This document shows positions 38,150 to 52,165 of a stretch of 64,000 nucleotides of DNA, one piece after another. The notes below the pieces were generated by a model. It was given only the letters and a program-made list of their open reading frames with translations. It did not search any database and was not told where the DNA came from. Location of the stretch: assembly GCA_951406725.2 (NCBI GenBank), contig OX597830.1, positions 55,180,001-55,244,000 on the forward strand. Reading direction: 5' to 3'. Both the position numbers and the translations under genes were made by a program. Position 1 is the first letter of the stretch. Every line of letters starts with the position of its first letter. This DNA is from Octopus vulgaris (lineage: Eukaryota).

Positions 38150-38535
38150 GGAATTATCATTTGTGCCCGAGATGGGCCCCTCTGAAGAAACATTACTCGA
38201 CAGGATGCGTATTCGGATATCAGGGAGTCTCTCCAGGTCGAACCGCTATTTTGCATTATGAAGTCAGCTCCAGCGCAACTAGCATGTGATTAGAATGTTA
38301 CAGAAAAAGGTGGCAAGACATTCTTCAAGCCGAGCCAGCCGACCGAGGACCTCTGGGTGGACCAAAAATAAGATGGCTGGGTGATATCCATAGTTTCAAT
38401 CGGGTACACTTGAGAATCCAGTTGGAAGGCCTAATGTCTGTTGCTTCTCATAGGATCCTATAGAGGAGGTGCCTGGGGACTCTTCCTCCATGACCTTCCC
38501 CGGAACAGTGGTCGGAAGAGATGGACGGATGGATT
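38150..38535 (+). mobile_element. RTE (Rex3/Expander-like) LINE 3' fragment
   Basis: Decayed SDIRESLQVEPLF...HVIRM...RGPLGGPKIRWLGDI, ending in a GATGGACGGATGGAT tail. Confidence 0.65.
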
Positions 38536-38837
38536 TGTGAAAGAATCCGTTATGGTAAATACGTGTTTCTACAAAAAAAAAAGAGCCTTAGCGTTTCTTT
38601 TAGAATAACTTTTGCGGGGACTTGGTCAATGTCTTCTCCACATAACCCTGGTCCAGACATTTGTCCGTCAACAGCCCACATTGTGATACCACATTGTAAA
38701 TATTGCTTTCAAGTTTTGGTACAAAGTCAGCAATTTCGGAGAAGGTTCTAGGTCGATTACATCGATTCCCAGGGACGAAGAGCAAAGTCGACCTCGGTGA
38801 ATGAATCGTCAACAGTCCTTTTTTTAAAAGCCGGGTA

Positions 38838-39117
38838 CTTACTCTATTGGTCTCTTTTGCCGAACTGCTGTGTTACAGGGACGTAAACACACCAACACCA
38901 GTTCTCAAGTGGTGGTGAGTGACACACACACAAACATGTATATGCATGTATGTATGTATGTATGTATGTATATATACGACGGGCTTCTTTCAGTTTCCGT
39001 CTACCAAATCCACTCACAAGGCTCGAGGCTATGGCAAAAGACGCTTGCCCAAGCAGTGAGACAGAACCCGGAACCATGTGGCTGGGAGGCAAGCTTCTTA
39101 CCCCTCAGCCACGCCTA
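38838..39117 (-). mobile_element. SINE family B copy
   Basis: CGACGGGCTTCTTTCAGTTTCCGTCTACCAAATCCACTCACAAGGC. Confidence 0.8.
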
Positions 39118-39659
39118 TGTGCACTTGTTTTTTTAAAGAGTGAGGATCTGATTTGAAGAAGATATGACATCTGTTTCTAACCGATCGGGTTGTATTGCGC
39201 AATGAGCGTTCATTGGTTCATGATTTTGAACTCAAGAGCAAGGAGCAAATAGATATCCGTTTCCTCCTAATATCCTCTCGTCTTGGACATCACGTGATCT
39301 CCCACCCATCCTTACCTGACGCCCCAAAAATGTTTAATATGTATTGAGAAATATGAAGAGGTGGGGGTGGGGGGTTTGGTCACCATTGTCTGTATGGCCG
39401 CAAAATCTCACTGAACAGAGAAGTTATGCCAGCCAGGGTCGACAGTGGGCAAGTATTCATGAAATATGTGAAATATATGAAGACGGAAAGTGGAAACGAA
39501 AAAAGTAATAATAATAATAATAATAATAATAGTAAATAAATAAAATAAAATAAAAATAAATCGATAACAAAAAAATAGTTACCCCCCTTACTACCACTGT
39601 CTTGCTACTCAAACCAAACATTTCTACAACACACGCAGACACGCACACACACATGCATA

Positions 39660-40650
<991 letters not shown>

Positions 40651-41294
40651 TATAGCTCAAATTTATAGAAAAACGAAGTCGAAGATGGAAATGTGTGTGT
40701 GTTTCTTCATTTATTTCCGTTTTCAGGAAATTTGGTGCTATTATTGACAAAATAGGCAGAAATGTTAGCAAAACTCAAAATATATGATTGTTATTGTATT
40801 ATTAATGTATTGGTGTTAATTTGGAAATATTGAATACGTATAATAATGGTAGTATTGATATTCGAAAGTAAAGCGGTGAGCTGGCATAGTCATTAATTAG
40901 CACGCTGGCTAAAACTGCAGATCGGAATTTCTTGCGACTTTTTTACGTTCCGAGTGTAAATGCAGTCGAGGTCGACTTTGCTTTTCGTCCCTCGCGGTAT
41001 CGATAAAACAAGTATTAGTTGAGCACTGGGGTCGATGTAATCGAGTCATTCCATTCCCCCCCACCCCGAAATAGGTGGCCTTGTGCCAAAATTTAAAATC
41101 AATACCGATATTAGAAAATCTAGAGCTACACACACACACATACATGCATATATATATATACATATATATATATCTATATATATATATATACACACACACA
41201 CATATCGCTTAGGCATTATGAGACTAATAACCTGGTGTAGATCTCAATATATATATGCTTCAGAACGAACCATTAGTCAAGTATAGACCGGTAG

Positions 41295-41345
<51 letters not shown>

Positions 41346-41406
41346 CGCACACTCACACACACGTATATTAATCGAAGTGTACAATATTATATATCCATTG
41401 CAGCCG

Positions 41407-41489
41407 ATCTTACCAATCGGTTTCGCAGTAGGGTTTCACCGGAGTGTCAAATAACAGTCCAATTATGCAACCCAGCCCTCTTCAGAGGT
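41407..41489 (-). ncRNA. Type I hammerhead-like motif with long stem II, canonical core
   Basis: Minus strand: ACCU-CUGAAGA-G..GGGUU(loop)AACCC..C-GAAA-CCGAUUGG-UA-AGAU. Near-palindromic stem III ACCGAUUGGU; stem I has one mismatch. Confidence 0.6.
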
Positions 41490-42041
41490 AGCGGTTATAG
41501 AATGAAATATGGCGACTGCTCTCTATTGTTAGAGATGAATAGACATATCCTGTTTGTGGTTGCCGTGAGCCGCTTTTACATTGGGTGCACCCAATGTAAA
41601 AAAGATTTTTGTAGGTAGGCCCACATGTGGGATGCTCATGTAGGGGTAATACACACGCACGTATATATATATACATACTCGCGCGCGTGCACACAGCTAT
41701 ATATGTATCGTTTATTTTTTCCTTGTTTCAATCATTGGAATCAGGGAATGATTTGACATGCTGGTTGCTTTTTGTTTCCTCCCTATTTTCTTAAGACAGT
41801 AGGTTGTTAAAAATATTTTAGTGACAGAGGTAGCATTAATACCAAGAGATAATATGTATCCCTACTTAAACGTGGATGTTCTCTTAGAAACAAACTGCAT
41901 TGCGGTAGACACCACGAGAGTAGATATCATATAGGCTTCTTTTGTGCAAAATGCACACTTGTTAATATCACTAGCGGGGAGACAAGCGCCCGCAGTCTCC
42001 AGCCACGAGACCACCAGATCACGGGATTTTGACTTACCATC

Positions 42042-42892
42042 GTTAGGGTTAGGGTTAGGGTTAGATTTAGGGTTAGGGTTAGGGTTAGGGGTTAGGGTTA
42101 GGGTTAGGGATAGGGTTAGGTTCAGGGTCAGGATTAGGGATAGGGATAGAATTAGGTTTAGGGTTAGGGTTAGGGTTAGGGTAGGGTTAGGAGTTAGGGT
42201 TAGGGTTAGTGTTAGGGTTAGGGTTAGGGGTTATGGGTTAGGGGTTAGGGTTAAGTTTAGGGTTAGGGTTAAGGTTAGGGTTAGGGTTAGGGTTAGGTTT
42301 AGGGTTAGGGTTAGGGTTAGGGTTAGCGTTAGTTTAGGTTAGGGTTAGGTTTAGGGTTAGGGTTAGGGTTAGGGTTAGGGTTAGGGTTAGGGTTAGGGGT
42401 TAGGGTTAGGGTTAGGGGTTAGGGGCTAGGGTTAGGGTTAGGGTTGGGGTTAGGGCTTGGGCTAGGACTAGGGTTAGGGTTAGTGTTAGGATTAGTGTCA
42501 GGGTTAGGGTTAGGGTTAGTGTTTGGGTTAGGGTTAGGGGTTATGGGTTAGGGTTAGGGTTAGGGTTAGGGTTAGGGTTAGGGTTAGGGTTAGGGTTAGG
42601 TTTAGTGTTTAGGTTTAGGGTTAGGGTTAGCGTTACGGTTAGGGTTAGGGTTAGGGTTAGGATTAGTGTCAGGGTTAGGGTTAGGGTTAGTGTTTGGGTT
42701 AGGGTTAGGGGTTATGGGTTAGGGTTAGGGTTAGGGTTAAATTTAGGGTTAGGGTTAGGGTTAGGGTTAGGGTTAGGTTTAGTGTTAGGTTTAGGGTTAG
42801 GGTTAGCGTTAAGGTTAGGGTTAGGGTTAGGGTTAGGGTTAGGGGTTAGGGTTAGGGTTAGGGTTGAGGTTAGGGTTAGGGTTAGGGTTAGG
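42042..42892 (+). repeat. Interstitial telomeric (TTAGGG)n array, degenerate
   Basis: About 850 bp of TTAGGG with variant units (TTAGGGG, TTAGTG, TTATGGG, ATAGGG). Confidence 0.97.
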
Positions 42893-42997
42893 TGGCAGTA
42901 ATTCATCTCCCCGCCAGCGATATATAGAAAAATAATGCCAGAGCAGGCGCTGGTGGAGCGATTAGCCCGTGAGCTTATTAAAAGTATATATATATAT

Positions 42998-43092
<95 letters not shown>

Positions 43093-43282
43093 ATTATAAT
43101 TAGGGTTCAGCAAAATTTGCTTCACCACATGCCGAAATTTAGAAATAGCAGTTTAACAGCTATTCTACTACCATAAGATACCTCCCAGACAGCAATACTC
43201 AACAACTCATGCAGTTTACTGAACTACTCGGTAAAATTATTAATTATTAATTAATTAATTAATTAATTTTACCCTTTATTTT

Positions 43283-43355
<73 letters not shown>

Positions 43356-43972
43356 CGTTAGCGACAGAGGCAATATGAATACCGAGAGGTAATGTATCCC
43401 CCCTCCCCACAGTAGGTTGTGCTTTGAAATGTGGATATTAGTTATAGTCGGTCGATTAACCAAGTAGTGGCTCCCCCCTTAACTTGGTGATAGACTGAAC
43501 AAAAAATATATTTTAAATAAACTGAAAGAAAATAGAGAAATAGAAAAATGATGTTTTACGACGTTGAAGAGTTACGCTATCGACACATTTATAAACTAAT
43601 TATATATTAGTCTACAACTGAGAATTGAATCCGTATTACTTTCACCACTTTACAGGTTATTTGTTGCTCACCGTAAATCAATAAGAATCACAGACATTCG
43701 TTAATTTATTTGTATATTATTTTGTTTTACTTTTTAAAATTCTATTTAATTTTATTTTACTGTTAGATTTATAGATTTCCCCACCCCCACCCCGTGTGTG
43801 ACCTTGTAGCTCTATTTATACACCTCAACCCCGCTCTCCTCTTTCCTATTGTTTAATTTGCTGTCCTAATTAAAATCGTTAAAACCTAAATAACGACGCT
43901 CACTAAAATTGTCCAAGACGTTTGTATGGTTAAGCCAAACATTAACTTTGGCGTGGACCCTTACCACTTCCC

Positions 43973-44020
<48 letters not shown>

Positions 44021-44249
44021 ATACATACACACACAGATCACACACAGATCACACACATATATATATATATACAATCCCTCATGTTTCTGTAACCAATTAA
44101 AGACCATGTCATCCCAATATAGAATCTATTGACACAAAACCCTCAGACCCCCATCTCTTCTCTTTGTGGCCAACAGATCAAATCACAGAAAAGTTTATGA
44201 TCGGGAAATACCTTCATTTTTTTCATTTATATCAAACATTCCTCCCGGT

Positions 44250-44620
44250 TCTTAACATTCTGAGTTCAAATACCAACGAGGTCAACTATGCCTTTCATCC
44301 TTTCGGGAGTCGATAGAATAAAGTTGAGTATTGAGGTCGAAGTCATCGACTAACCTCCTCGCACTAAAATACTTGGCCTTGTGCCAAAATTAGAAAGAAT
44401 TTATATCCTTTTCTACTCTAGGCTCAAGGTCTGAAATTTTTGGGGAGGGGCCAATCGATTAAATCAATCTCAGTATGCAGCTGGTGCTTAATTTATCAAC
44501 CCCAAAAGGACGAAAGTCAAAGGTGACCTCGGTGGAATTTGAACTCTGAACGTAGCGGCAGACGAAATACTGCTAAGCATTTCGCCAGGCGTGCTAACGT
44601 TTCTGCCAGCTCGCCGTCTT
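44250..44620. mobile_element. Tail-to-tail inverted pair of SINE family A copies
   Basis: A + copy at ~44250-44400 is immediately followed by a - copy at ~44408-44620. Confidence 0.75.
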
Positions 44621-45037
44621 TGGAACGAATTTATATTAAAACATACCAAAGTGTCCGCTATGCGTTCTACTGGGCCATCTCCCGCCTACACTTTCTGCCC
44701 GGGATGGAACTGCAATTTTCTGCAGCTTATGATGTGCAAACTTCTACTGGAGTTGTTGTATGTACATAAGTTCTTGGACGGTAAGCGGGTGGTGCCTGTT
44801 GTCTCCCTTTGTCAGACACCTTTTTTTCCCCTATACTTCTACTTTTTTACGGAGTTGTAATCTTGGATCAAAGACAAAAACCGGACATTTAGCATCTGGA
44901 ATTTTGTCTTTTTCTCATTGTTGTTTGACCCCCAATCAAGCAATGTGGTCGAGAGTACGTTAACCCTTACCTTCTATGGATTTAGTGGGTTCTATGGATT
45001 AAAGGATTAGATATGTAACAGCATTAATAATATACTG

Positions 45038-45252
45038 ATTTCAAAGTTTGGCGCATGGCCAGCAAATTCATAGCAGGGATAAGTCGATTACATCGACTCC
45101 AGTACCCAAGTGGTACTTATTTTATCAAGCCCGAAAGGATGAAAGGTAAAGTCGACCTTGGCAAAATTGGGGCTCAGAACATAAAAAGACAGACGAAATA
45201 CCGCTAAGCACTTTACCCCGCGTGCTAATGATTCAGACAGTTCGCTGCCTTA
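45038..45252 (-). mobile_element. SINE family A copy
   Basis: CCCGAAAGGATGAAAGGTAAAGTCGACC...GACGAAATACCGCTAAGCA. Confidence 0.75.
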
Positions 45253-45726
45253 AAAAAAGTGATTAGCTAAAAAGAAACGAATCCCGTATCTCTGAAACTA
45301 TGGTTAAGCGCTCTGCACCATTAAGCTAGGTGACTCATGACGTCAGCACTAACAATATTTTGGATTGGCACCGTTGTCAGAGCCGCAATAGTGACGACAC
45401 TTTCGATGTCGACGAAGATAAACTGAACAGTCGTCTGCTTCGTGAGGCTTCCAGACAAGGGACTGAGGACATTTAGTAGAAATGTCTGCCCAATGCTGCA
45501 ACCGACTGTCTTGGCTGGCCCAGACAAACTCTAGAGACACCAAAGTACTGTAAATTGAACCTGTCCGAGAAAGGCTCAGAGCGACGAAACCGTTCTAAAA
45601 CCTTTAGCCTAGTGTTCTAGTATTGTTGATCTGGGAAGTTTTCTCAAATATCTGTCGTTGCATGGAATTTCCGGCTTTCAGTTGAGTTTGTTGCGAACAT
45701 CAACCTTACTGCCTTCATTGGGTCGT

Positions 45727-45968
45727 TTAAGATATCCACCAAAACGTATTATACGTCATCGCAACTTTTAAAATAACTCTCAAATGCAATATTATGATGA
45801 TAACCTTGTTTGCTAAGAGCACAACAACACCGACAATGACAATCACAACGACAACATCAACAATAATAATAGCCTACGAAATGTGAATAAAATAAACAAA
45901 ACCTAGCATACGCCACCTATTCTCACAGTAGTCACTTATAGTAGGGTGTTGTGTGGCTAGTAGTGAAC
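45727..45968 (+). repeat. ~240-bp direct repeat, copy 1 (copy 2 at 48255-48482)
   Basis: TTAAGATATCCACC...GTGTTGTGTGGCTAGTAGTGAAC is nearly identical at both sites. Confidence 0.9.
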
Positions 45969-46729
45969 TAACTTCCTTCAACGGCAAAAGAGATTGTGTG
46001 GTGGGTGTAATTGAAAGGACTGGCGACTGGCAGTTTCTACTTCAACGAAATCCTCATCAGCTTCTTCAAGTTCTTGCGAAGGAAAGTGAGTGTGGGAAGA
46101 GGTAGGTGCTAAAATCAGAAATAATGGTCTGTCAGCTGGTTGCTAATAACTCTTATCCATTCGGTTTCTTTTGGACTTGCAGAACTAGAAGAGCGTCGGG
46201 CAAAATGTATAGCAGCATACGATCACATATTTTGACGTTGTGAGTTCAAATCTCACCGAATTCGATATTGTATCTCAATACTTTCAAGGTCAACAAAAGC
46301 ATACTGGATTTCTACCTAAGTTAAAAATTATTAGTATGCTTTAACTTTATTATTACATAAACACAAAATCTGAGCGACGAATCACTCCTTGATACGTTAT
46401 AACTGTGATAAACAACTTATGATATTTGTGTCACCACTGATATGCTGCAGGGTTTTAGGTGACACATGATTGACTTTGAAAAAAAAGACACCCACAATAT
46501 CATGTTATAAAAAAAAATCATTAAATCTAAATTACATCTAGGCATGTAAATGACCTTTCTAAAGCAGGGTTGTTAATGACAATAACATCCCGCCTATCTC
46601 TGCTTTGTAACATACAATACTATCGAGAAATAATTGTCAACAGTCAATATAACAGTGAAGGGGTGTTTTAATTGATTTTTATGACTCTACCGCGATGTAG
46701 TTTTCATTACTTCTGTTTATATCTTTTAT

Positions 46730-47110
46730 TTGTTGCCTTCATTGGACTTTGGCCACTCTGGGCGCAGCCTTGGAGGGATTTTGTCGAAGAAACCGGCTCT
46801 AGTACTTATTTTTAAAGTCTGCTACGTATTCTATCGGTTTCTTTTGCCATACCACTAAGTTACAGGATATAGATAAACCAACACCTGTTGTCAAGCGATG
46901 TGGTAGGGACACACACACACACACACATACACACACACACATTATATATATAAACACACACACAACGGGTTTTTTCAATTTCCTTTCACCAAATCTACTC
47001 ACAAGGCTTTAGTCGACCTTGGGTTATACGAGAAGACACTTGCTCAAGGTCCAACGCATTGCGAAATCATGTGGTTGGGAAGTAAGTTTCTTATCACACA
47101 CCCATGCCTG
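46730..47110 (-). mobile_element. SINE family B copy, diverged
   Basis: GTTGTCAAGCGATG, ACTCACAAGGCTTTAGTCGACC and CATGTGGTTGG motifs. Confidence 0.65.
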
Positions 47111-48122
47111 CGTCCATGCTTAATCTTTTTGTTTTTGTTTCGCTTTTATTTTTTATCAAGGCAGCATTATTAAATACGTTTTTGAAACGTTGATGCTGTT
47201 TTCTTGAAAGCAACGATACCCAATTGACTCCAGTACTTGATTGATACTTTATCTTATCGACTTCGGAAGGATGAGGGACAAAGTGGATCTTAAGCGGATT
47301 TCAATTCAGGAGACAAAGAAAAGGAACAAATACCCCCAAGGAATTTATGGAATGATTTATTGATTCGGTCGATCGCTAGTCTTTCGCATTCTCCTCTTTC
47401 GAAAATAAAACGGAAGGACATTGATTACAGAGTAACATAGAACTAGATACATTGTTTAAAATAAAGACTGGGTGACTGGATTATAACGGATGAAACGCTT
47501 TGGTTCATTGATCTTCTCATCCCAAAACTCATCTAGAGCCAAACAACAACAAAACTAGAAAAAATTAAAATAAATCAAATTTATTACAGAGATGACCGGT
47601 ATAAGTTAGAAACTTGTTCTCTCCCAGTTCAGTTCTTGTTTATCTTCCCAATCCCCTAAAAATATTTAAAGATAGATATTCTAGAGACACTGTCTATAAA
47701 TATCGAAAGCCCATATTAGAAAACAAACTGATAAAGCCATAGAAAAATGTCCTTCAGAAGACTCAAAGTAGTCTGGGTGAGTAAAAATGATGCCATAATG
47801 CGTTTTGAAACCTGAATTTGTCCAACGCATCTGCGATATCACTTCCGGTTGTAGTCAGCCTATACCACTCCAAATCGGGCGGTAGGAAATTTTGTATGAG
47901 TACAAGTACAAAGGAAAGGGTACTATAAATGTGTGTGTGTGTGTGTGTGTGTGCGTGCGTGCGCGTGCGTGCGAGCGTGGGTGTAGGTAATAGCAGAATC
48001 TGTACAGTTTTATCTTTGCCTCCGACTTGAATATGAATTTTTAAAATAAATTATCCTAATCACATGAATTCCGAAAACAAGAACCACTATCGTTGTTTAG
48101 TTTCAGTGATCCGGGAATACCA

Positions 48123-48165
48123 TTGACTGAAGAGATATAACCAGCTCGAAACATCGGCGTATCAA
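48123..48165 (+). ncRNA. Minimal type I hammerhead ribozyme, canonical core
   Basis: UUGA-CUGAAGA-GA(uauaaccagc)UC-GAAA-CAUCGGCG-UA-UCAA. Stem I UUGA/UCAA, weak 2-bp stem II, GUA triplet. Confidence 0.62.
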
Positions 48166-48254
48166 GGCCTCCCTACGTCAATGAATCGAGTTTTCTCTCA
48201 ACACGCATCATCTGGAAAGATAAGATATTCTCCGAAGGCGAAATGCAACAGCGA

Positions 48255-48482
48255 TTAAGATATCCACCAGAACGTATTATACGTCATCGCAACTTTTAAA
48301 ATAACTCTAAAATGCAATATTATGATGATAACCTTGCACAACAACAACGACAATGACAATCACAACGACAACATCAACAATAATAATAGCCTACGAAATG
48401 TGAATAAAATAAAAACCTAGCATACGCCACCTATTCTCACAGTAGTCACTTATAGTAGGGTGTTGTGTGGCTAGTAGTGAAC
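48255..48482 (+). repeat. ~230-bp direct repeat, copy 2
   Basis: Matches 45727-45968 apart from small indels. Confidence 0.9.
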
Positions 48483-48856
48483 CACGTCAAACCAGAACTA
48501 ACTTACTCTGGCCTACTAATACTGCATATATAAAGATTGGGCGGGGTTGAATTGTAGCAAGGAGTGGGGGGCATTGAAAGAGTGTCAGTAAAATAAGAGG
48601 GATGATAGTTTAAAATACGGGAAAAGCACTAGCTGAAACCAAAAGAAACGTAAAGGGAGCTTATATATGTTCCCTCGACTCGCTGCTAATAGCGACCAAA
48701 ATTTCATCAAGTCATCTCATCTTAAAAAACGAAAAAGACTTTCGGTGACGTAATCGTAGATATCTCTAAAAGGTCAAGTCATGGTTTGAATGATGTCGAT
48801 TCTAAGTCTCCTTGAAATCTCAATCTACCCTCATTATAAACGGAAGGGTGCATTGT

Positions 48857-48946
48857 ACAGGGTGCAGTAAAAATGATTAAAAAAAACTCATACATTTTAC
48901 ACCAGTGGCCGTGTAAAATATGGAATATTTTTCTACTGCATCCCTT
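48857..48946. mobile_element. Short palindromic Tc1-like MITE relic
   Basis: CAGGGTGCAGTAAAAA vs TTTCTACTGCATCCCT, and inner ATTTTACAC vs GTGTAAAAT. Confidence 0.5.
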
Positions 48947-49787
48947 ATTATGTAATCCAGAGTATAGTATAGCTGAAAAAATAAAGACAGGATGTTTATA
49001 GTTGGAATTCCTTTGATTACACGTCTTTCTGATCAGGGTTGACTTAGGGCTAAAAAAACGAAAACATTAATTTTAAATTAACATGTTTATTACTATTATT
49101 AGGATTACTAAAGCAGAGTGAGGAAAGACATCTTCCTTTTCGGTCAAGCCCTCGTTTGTGAAAAGATGAATGACAGCAACAAAAATGGTTAGTTTGGATG
49201 GTTGCTCTACTCTAAGCATGCACTTTCAGCTTTCCGAGGTCGATAAAATAAGTACCAATTGAGTACTGGAGTCGATGGAACGACTTATCCCCTCTTCAAA
49301 AACTGCTGGCCCTCTACCAAAATTTGAAACCATTATTAGGATTACTTAATGTCATCTAAGTTTTAGTCTCTTAAAATTTTGAAGGAAGAAAACAAGTTGT
49401 TAAATCTCTTTATTATAGAAACAAGGCCTGAAAAGAAGTAGTTAAATCTGTCGCCAACTAGTGTTTGGAGCCCATGATACAGACCTCAGAACGGTAAGAC
49501 ATAACTTGAACACTTCAAGATCTGAATTCCGATTTTAAAGGTAACTTATTAAATAGCGGAAGTCATTTAGTCTGCCTTTCAACACCATCATAATAAAAGA
49601 TGAGTTCTAGTCATCAGAGAAGGCGCTTGGTCAAATGGACTTTAAGGTCAAAACATCTTGGTTTCGATTCCTGGCCCGGGAAGTGCGTTGTTGTCCTTGG
49701 CCAAGACACTCCAGCCCACTCAGCTGATTGATATGCCTAGGGTGGACATTTAGTCCTTATCTGTACCTTATTACTAGTTGTATTAAA

Positions 49788-50202
49788 TATTGGTTTCAAA
49801 TTTCGGCACAAGGCCAGGCAAATTTGTGCTCAACAGGTACTTTTTTTATTAAATATCCCGAAAGAATGAAAGGCAAAGTCGACTCCAGCGGAATTTGAAC
49901 TCAGAACGTAAAGACGGACGAAATGCTGCTAAGAATTTTGTCCGGTCTGCTAACAACTCTGCCAGCTTGCCGCCTCTTGTTATTAATATTGGTTTCAAAT
50001 TTTGGCACAAGGCCAGCAATTTTGGAGGAGGGAATAAGTCAATTACAACGACCCCAGTGCTCATCTAATACTTATTTTATCGACCCCGAAAGGATAAAAG
50101 CAAAGCTGCCTTCGGCGGAATTTGAACTCAGAACGTAAAGACGGACGAAATGCTGCTAAGCATTTTGCCTGGCTTGCTAACAATTCTACCAGCTCGCCGC
50201 CC
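49788..50202 (-). mobile_element. Tandem dimer of SINE family A
   Basis: Two consecutive TATTGGTTTCAAATTT.GGCACAAGGCCAG...GGAATTTGAACTCAGAACGTAAAGACGGACGAAATGCTGCTAAG units. Confidence 0.8.
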
Positions 50203-51804
50203 TCCTAATTATTGATATCATTGTTAATTCTATCTGTTCGTGGACAGAAAAAGACAGTAGACGCCGGCCTTGCTGTGTGGGTAAAGAGTTCCCCTAGCAA
50301 CCTACACGATGGAACAGGCTGGAGGTTCAATCCTACTGTGTTGCTGTTGAGTCGGTCAATAGCTAGTAAGTAAAATTTAGAGGAAAGACTGCGTGTGATG
50401 ACTTTCGTGATGTATAATTAATTCGTTGCAAGTATTTGGCCGAATTTCCAGGTCTGAGGGTAACTTTTTCAAGTCTCCCTCTTTCCTACCACTCGTGAAG
50501 GCACTAAAAAAAATCCCTAGCCTCCTTCTTCTAATTGTTATGAAATACAATGAATATAGGTGTTGTATTTCAAGTGCTAGCTCTCTCAATTGTGGGTTTA
50601 CAAAGATTTTGCACCGGAAAGATTTATCTATGCCAGCGTAGTTTAGTTTAGTAGACGAGAGAGAAAAGTCTTTACCAAAAGATTATTTTAAAGCTTTTTG
50701 ACTTAAAAAAACCTGTTAAACTTTGCCGGAATTTCAACCCAATGACCGTTCTGATCGTCCTGACCTCTTTTATTTTCATTAATATTAGAAATTGGGAAAG
50801 CCTGTTTTCTTTTATATTTCTTTTTAGCATTAAAATGGTCACAAAGAATTACAAAATCGTTTTACATTTTTGTTTTATTATCTGATATTCTTCATTCAAC
50901 GAGAAGAGCAAACTTAAAGTGAACCGAGAGCCACTCTCACCGTTAATCCGAATCGAGATTCTGTCCATATTTTTGAAAGTTTCGCGAGAAAGCACATCAT
51001 AAGTTAATCTCTTTTCGCACCAATTTGTGATCTTACTTTAAACTCTGCATATAAAACCTCCATTGTTTTTGCGAACAATTCCTCTTCATTTTTTACTCTT
51101 CTTCTGACGTCCATCGTGTATATAGAGATTTTTCTCTTAAGCTTAGTGAAATTTATCTTTTTCCACTGCAAACAAACGTTATTTGAAAGTTGTGTCGTTT
51201 GGACAGTTGAAGAGAAAGGAGGTGACAAACAAAGATTATTGATTGGGGTCTTACCGACATCACTTTCTTTATTTACAGAAATTATTCCCTCTCCTCAACA
51301 CTTCTTTTTGTTTTTGCTAACAAACGATAGCTATCTTGTTTGCTTTTGTTGCTGTTTTCTGCAGAGCCATGCGTCAGGTGATAGTGTAAATACAGAAGAC
51401 AAGATATTATAGAAGGAAAAATAAAAAAATAAAATAAAACTAGCCGGATATTTCTCCTTCATGAAATAACGGTATCTACATGACAATGGTGTCTTTTGTT
51501 ATTTACTGCTTCGTGATTCCATCACATTCTTTTCTTTCTCCCAGTCTAGTCTTAGCGTTCTTTTTCATTGAAAGAGGGAGGTACGTATGTAAAGAGATAA
51601 TTTCAATCAATTTTCTTTTATTACCTTTGCTTTACTCCATTGCTTTCTCTTCCATTTCATTGAAAGAAGGGGGGACGTATGCAAAGAAGTATTGTCAATC
51701 ATTCTTCAAATTTCTCTTTTTTTTTAATCTTCGTTTTCCACCTACTTATTCATTCTGTAACAACGGAAATCAACAATGGTGGAGATTACCTCGGGTCAGA
51801 ATGC

Positions 51805-51805
<1 letters not shown>

Positions 51806-51864
<59 letters not shown>

Positions 51865-51909
51865 CCTACCTATCTACCTACCTACCTACCTACCTACCTA
51901 CCTACCTAC

Positions 51910-51971
<62 letters not shown>

Positions 51972-52021
51972 GTCTATCTACCTACCTACCTACCTACCTA
52001 CCTACCTACCTACCTACCTAC

Positions 52022-52079
<58 letters not shown>

Positions 52080-52093
52080 GTCTATCTACCTAC

Positions 52094-52164
<71 letters not shown>
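51806..52164. repeat. (CTAT)n/(CTAC)n microsatellite (others at 27064-27232, 27882-28015, 35094-35325)
   Basis: Direct reading. Confidence 0.95.

Positions 52165-52165
<1 letters not shown>

Noticed and set aside
41944-43128. VRVR/LGLG/PNPN ORFs
   Set aside because: Translations of the telomeric repeat.
45557-45596. GAAC-CUGUCCGA...GAAA-CC-GUUC hammerhead-like spacing
   Set aside because: No UH cleavage site and no coherent stem II.
49570-49620. CUGAUGA...GAAA on the minus strand
   Set aside because: Stems I-III do not pair; chance match.
51365-51377. Possible 13-nt micro-exon upstream of the chitinase
   Set aside because: Good acceptor but weak donor (gtgata); cannot be supported without transcripts.
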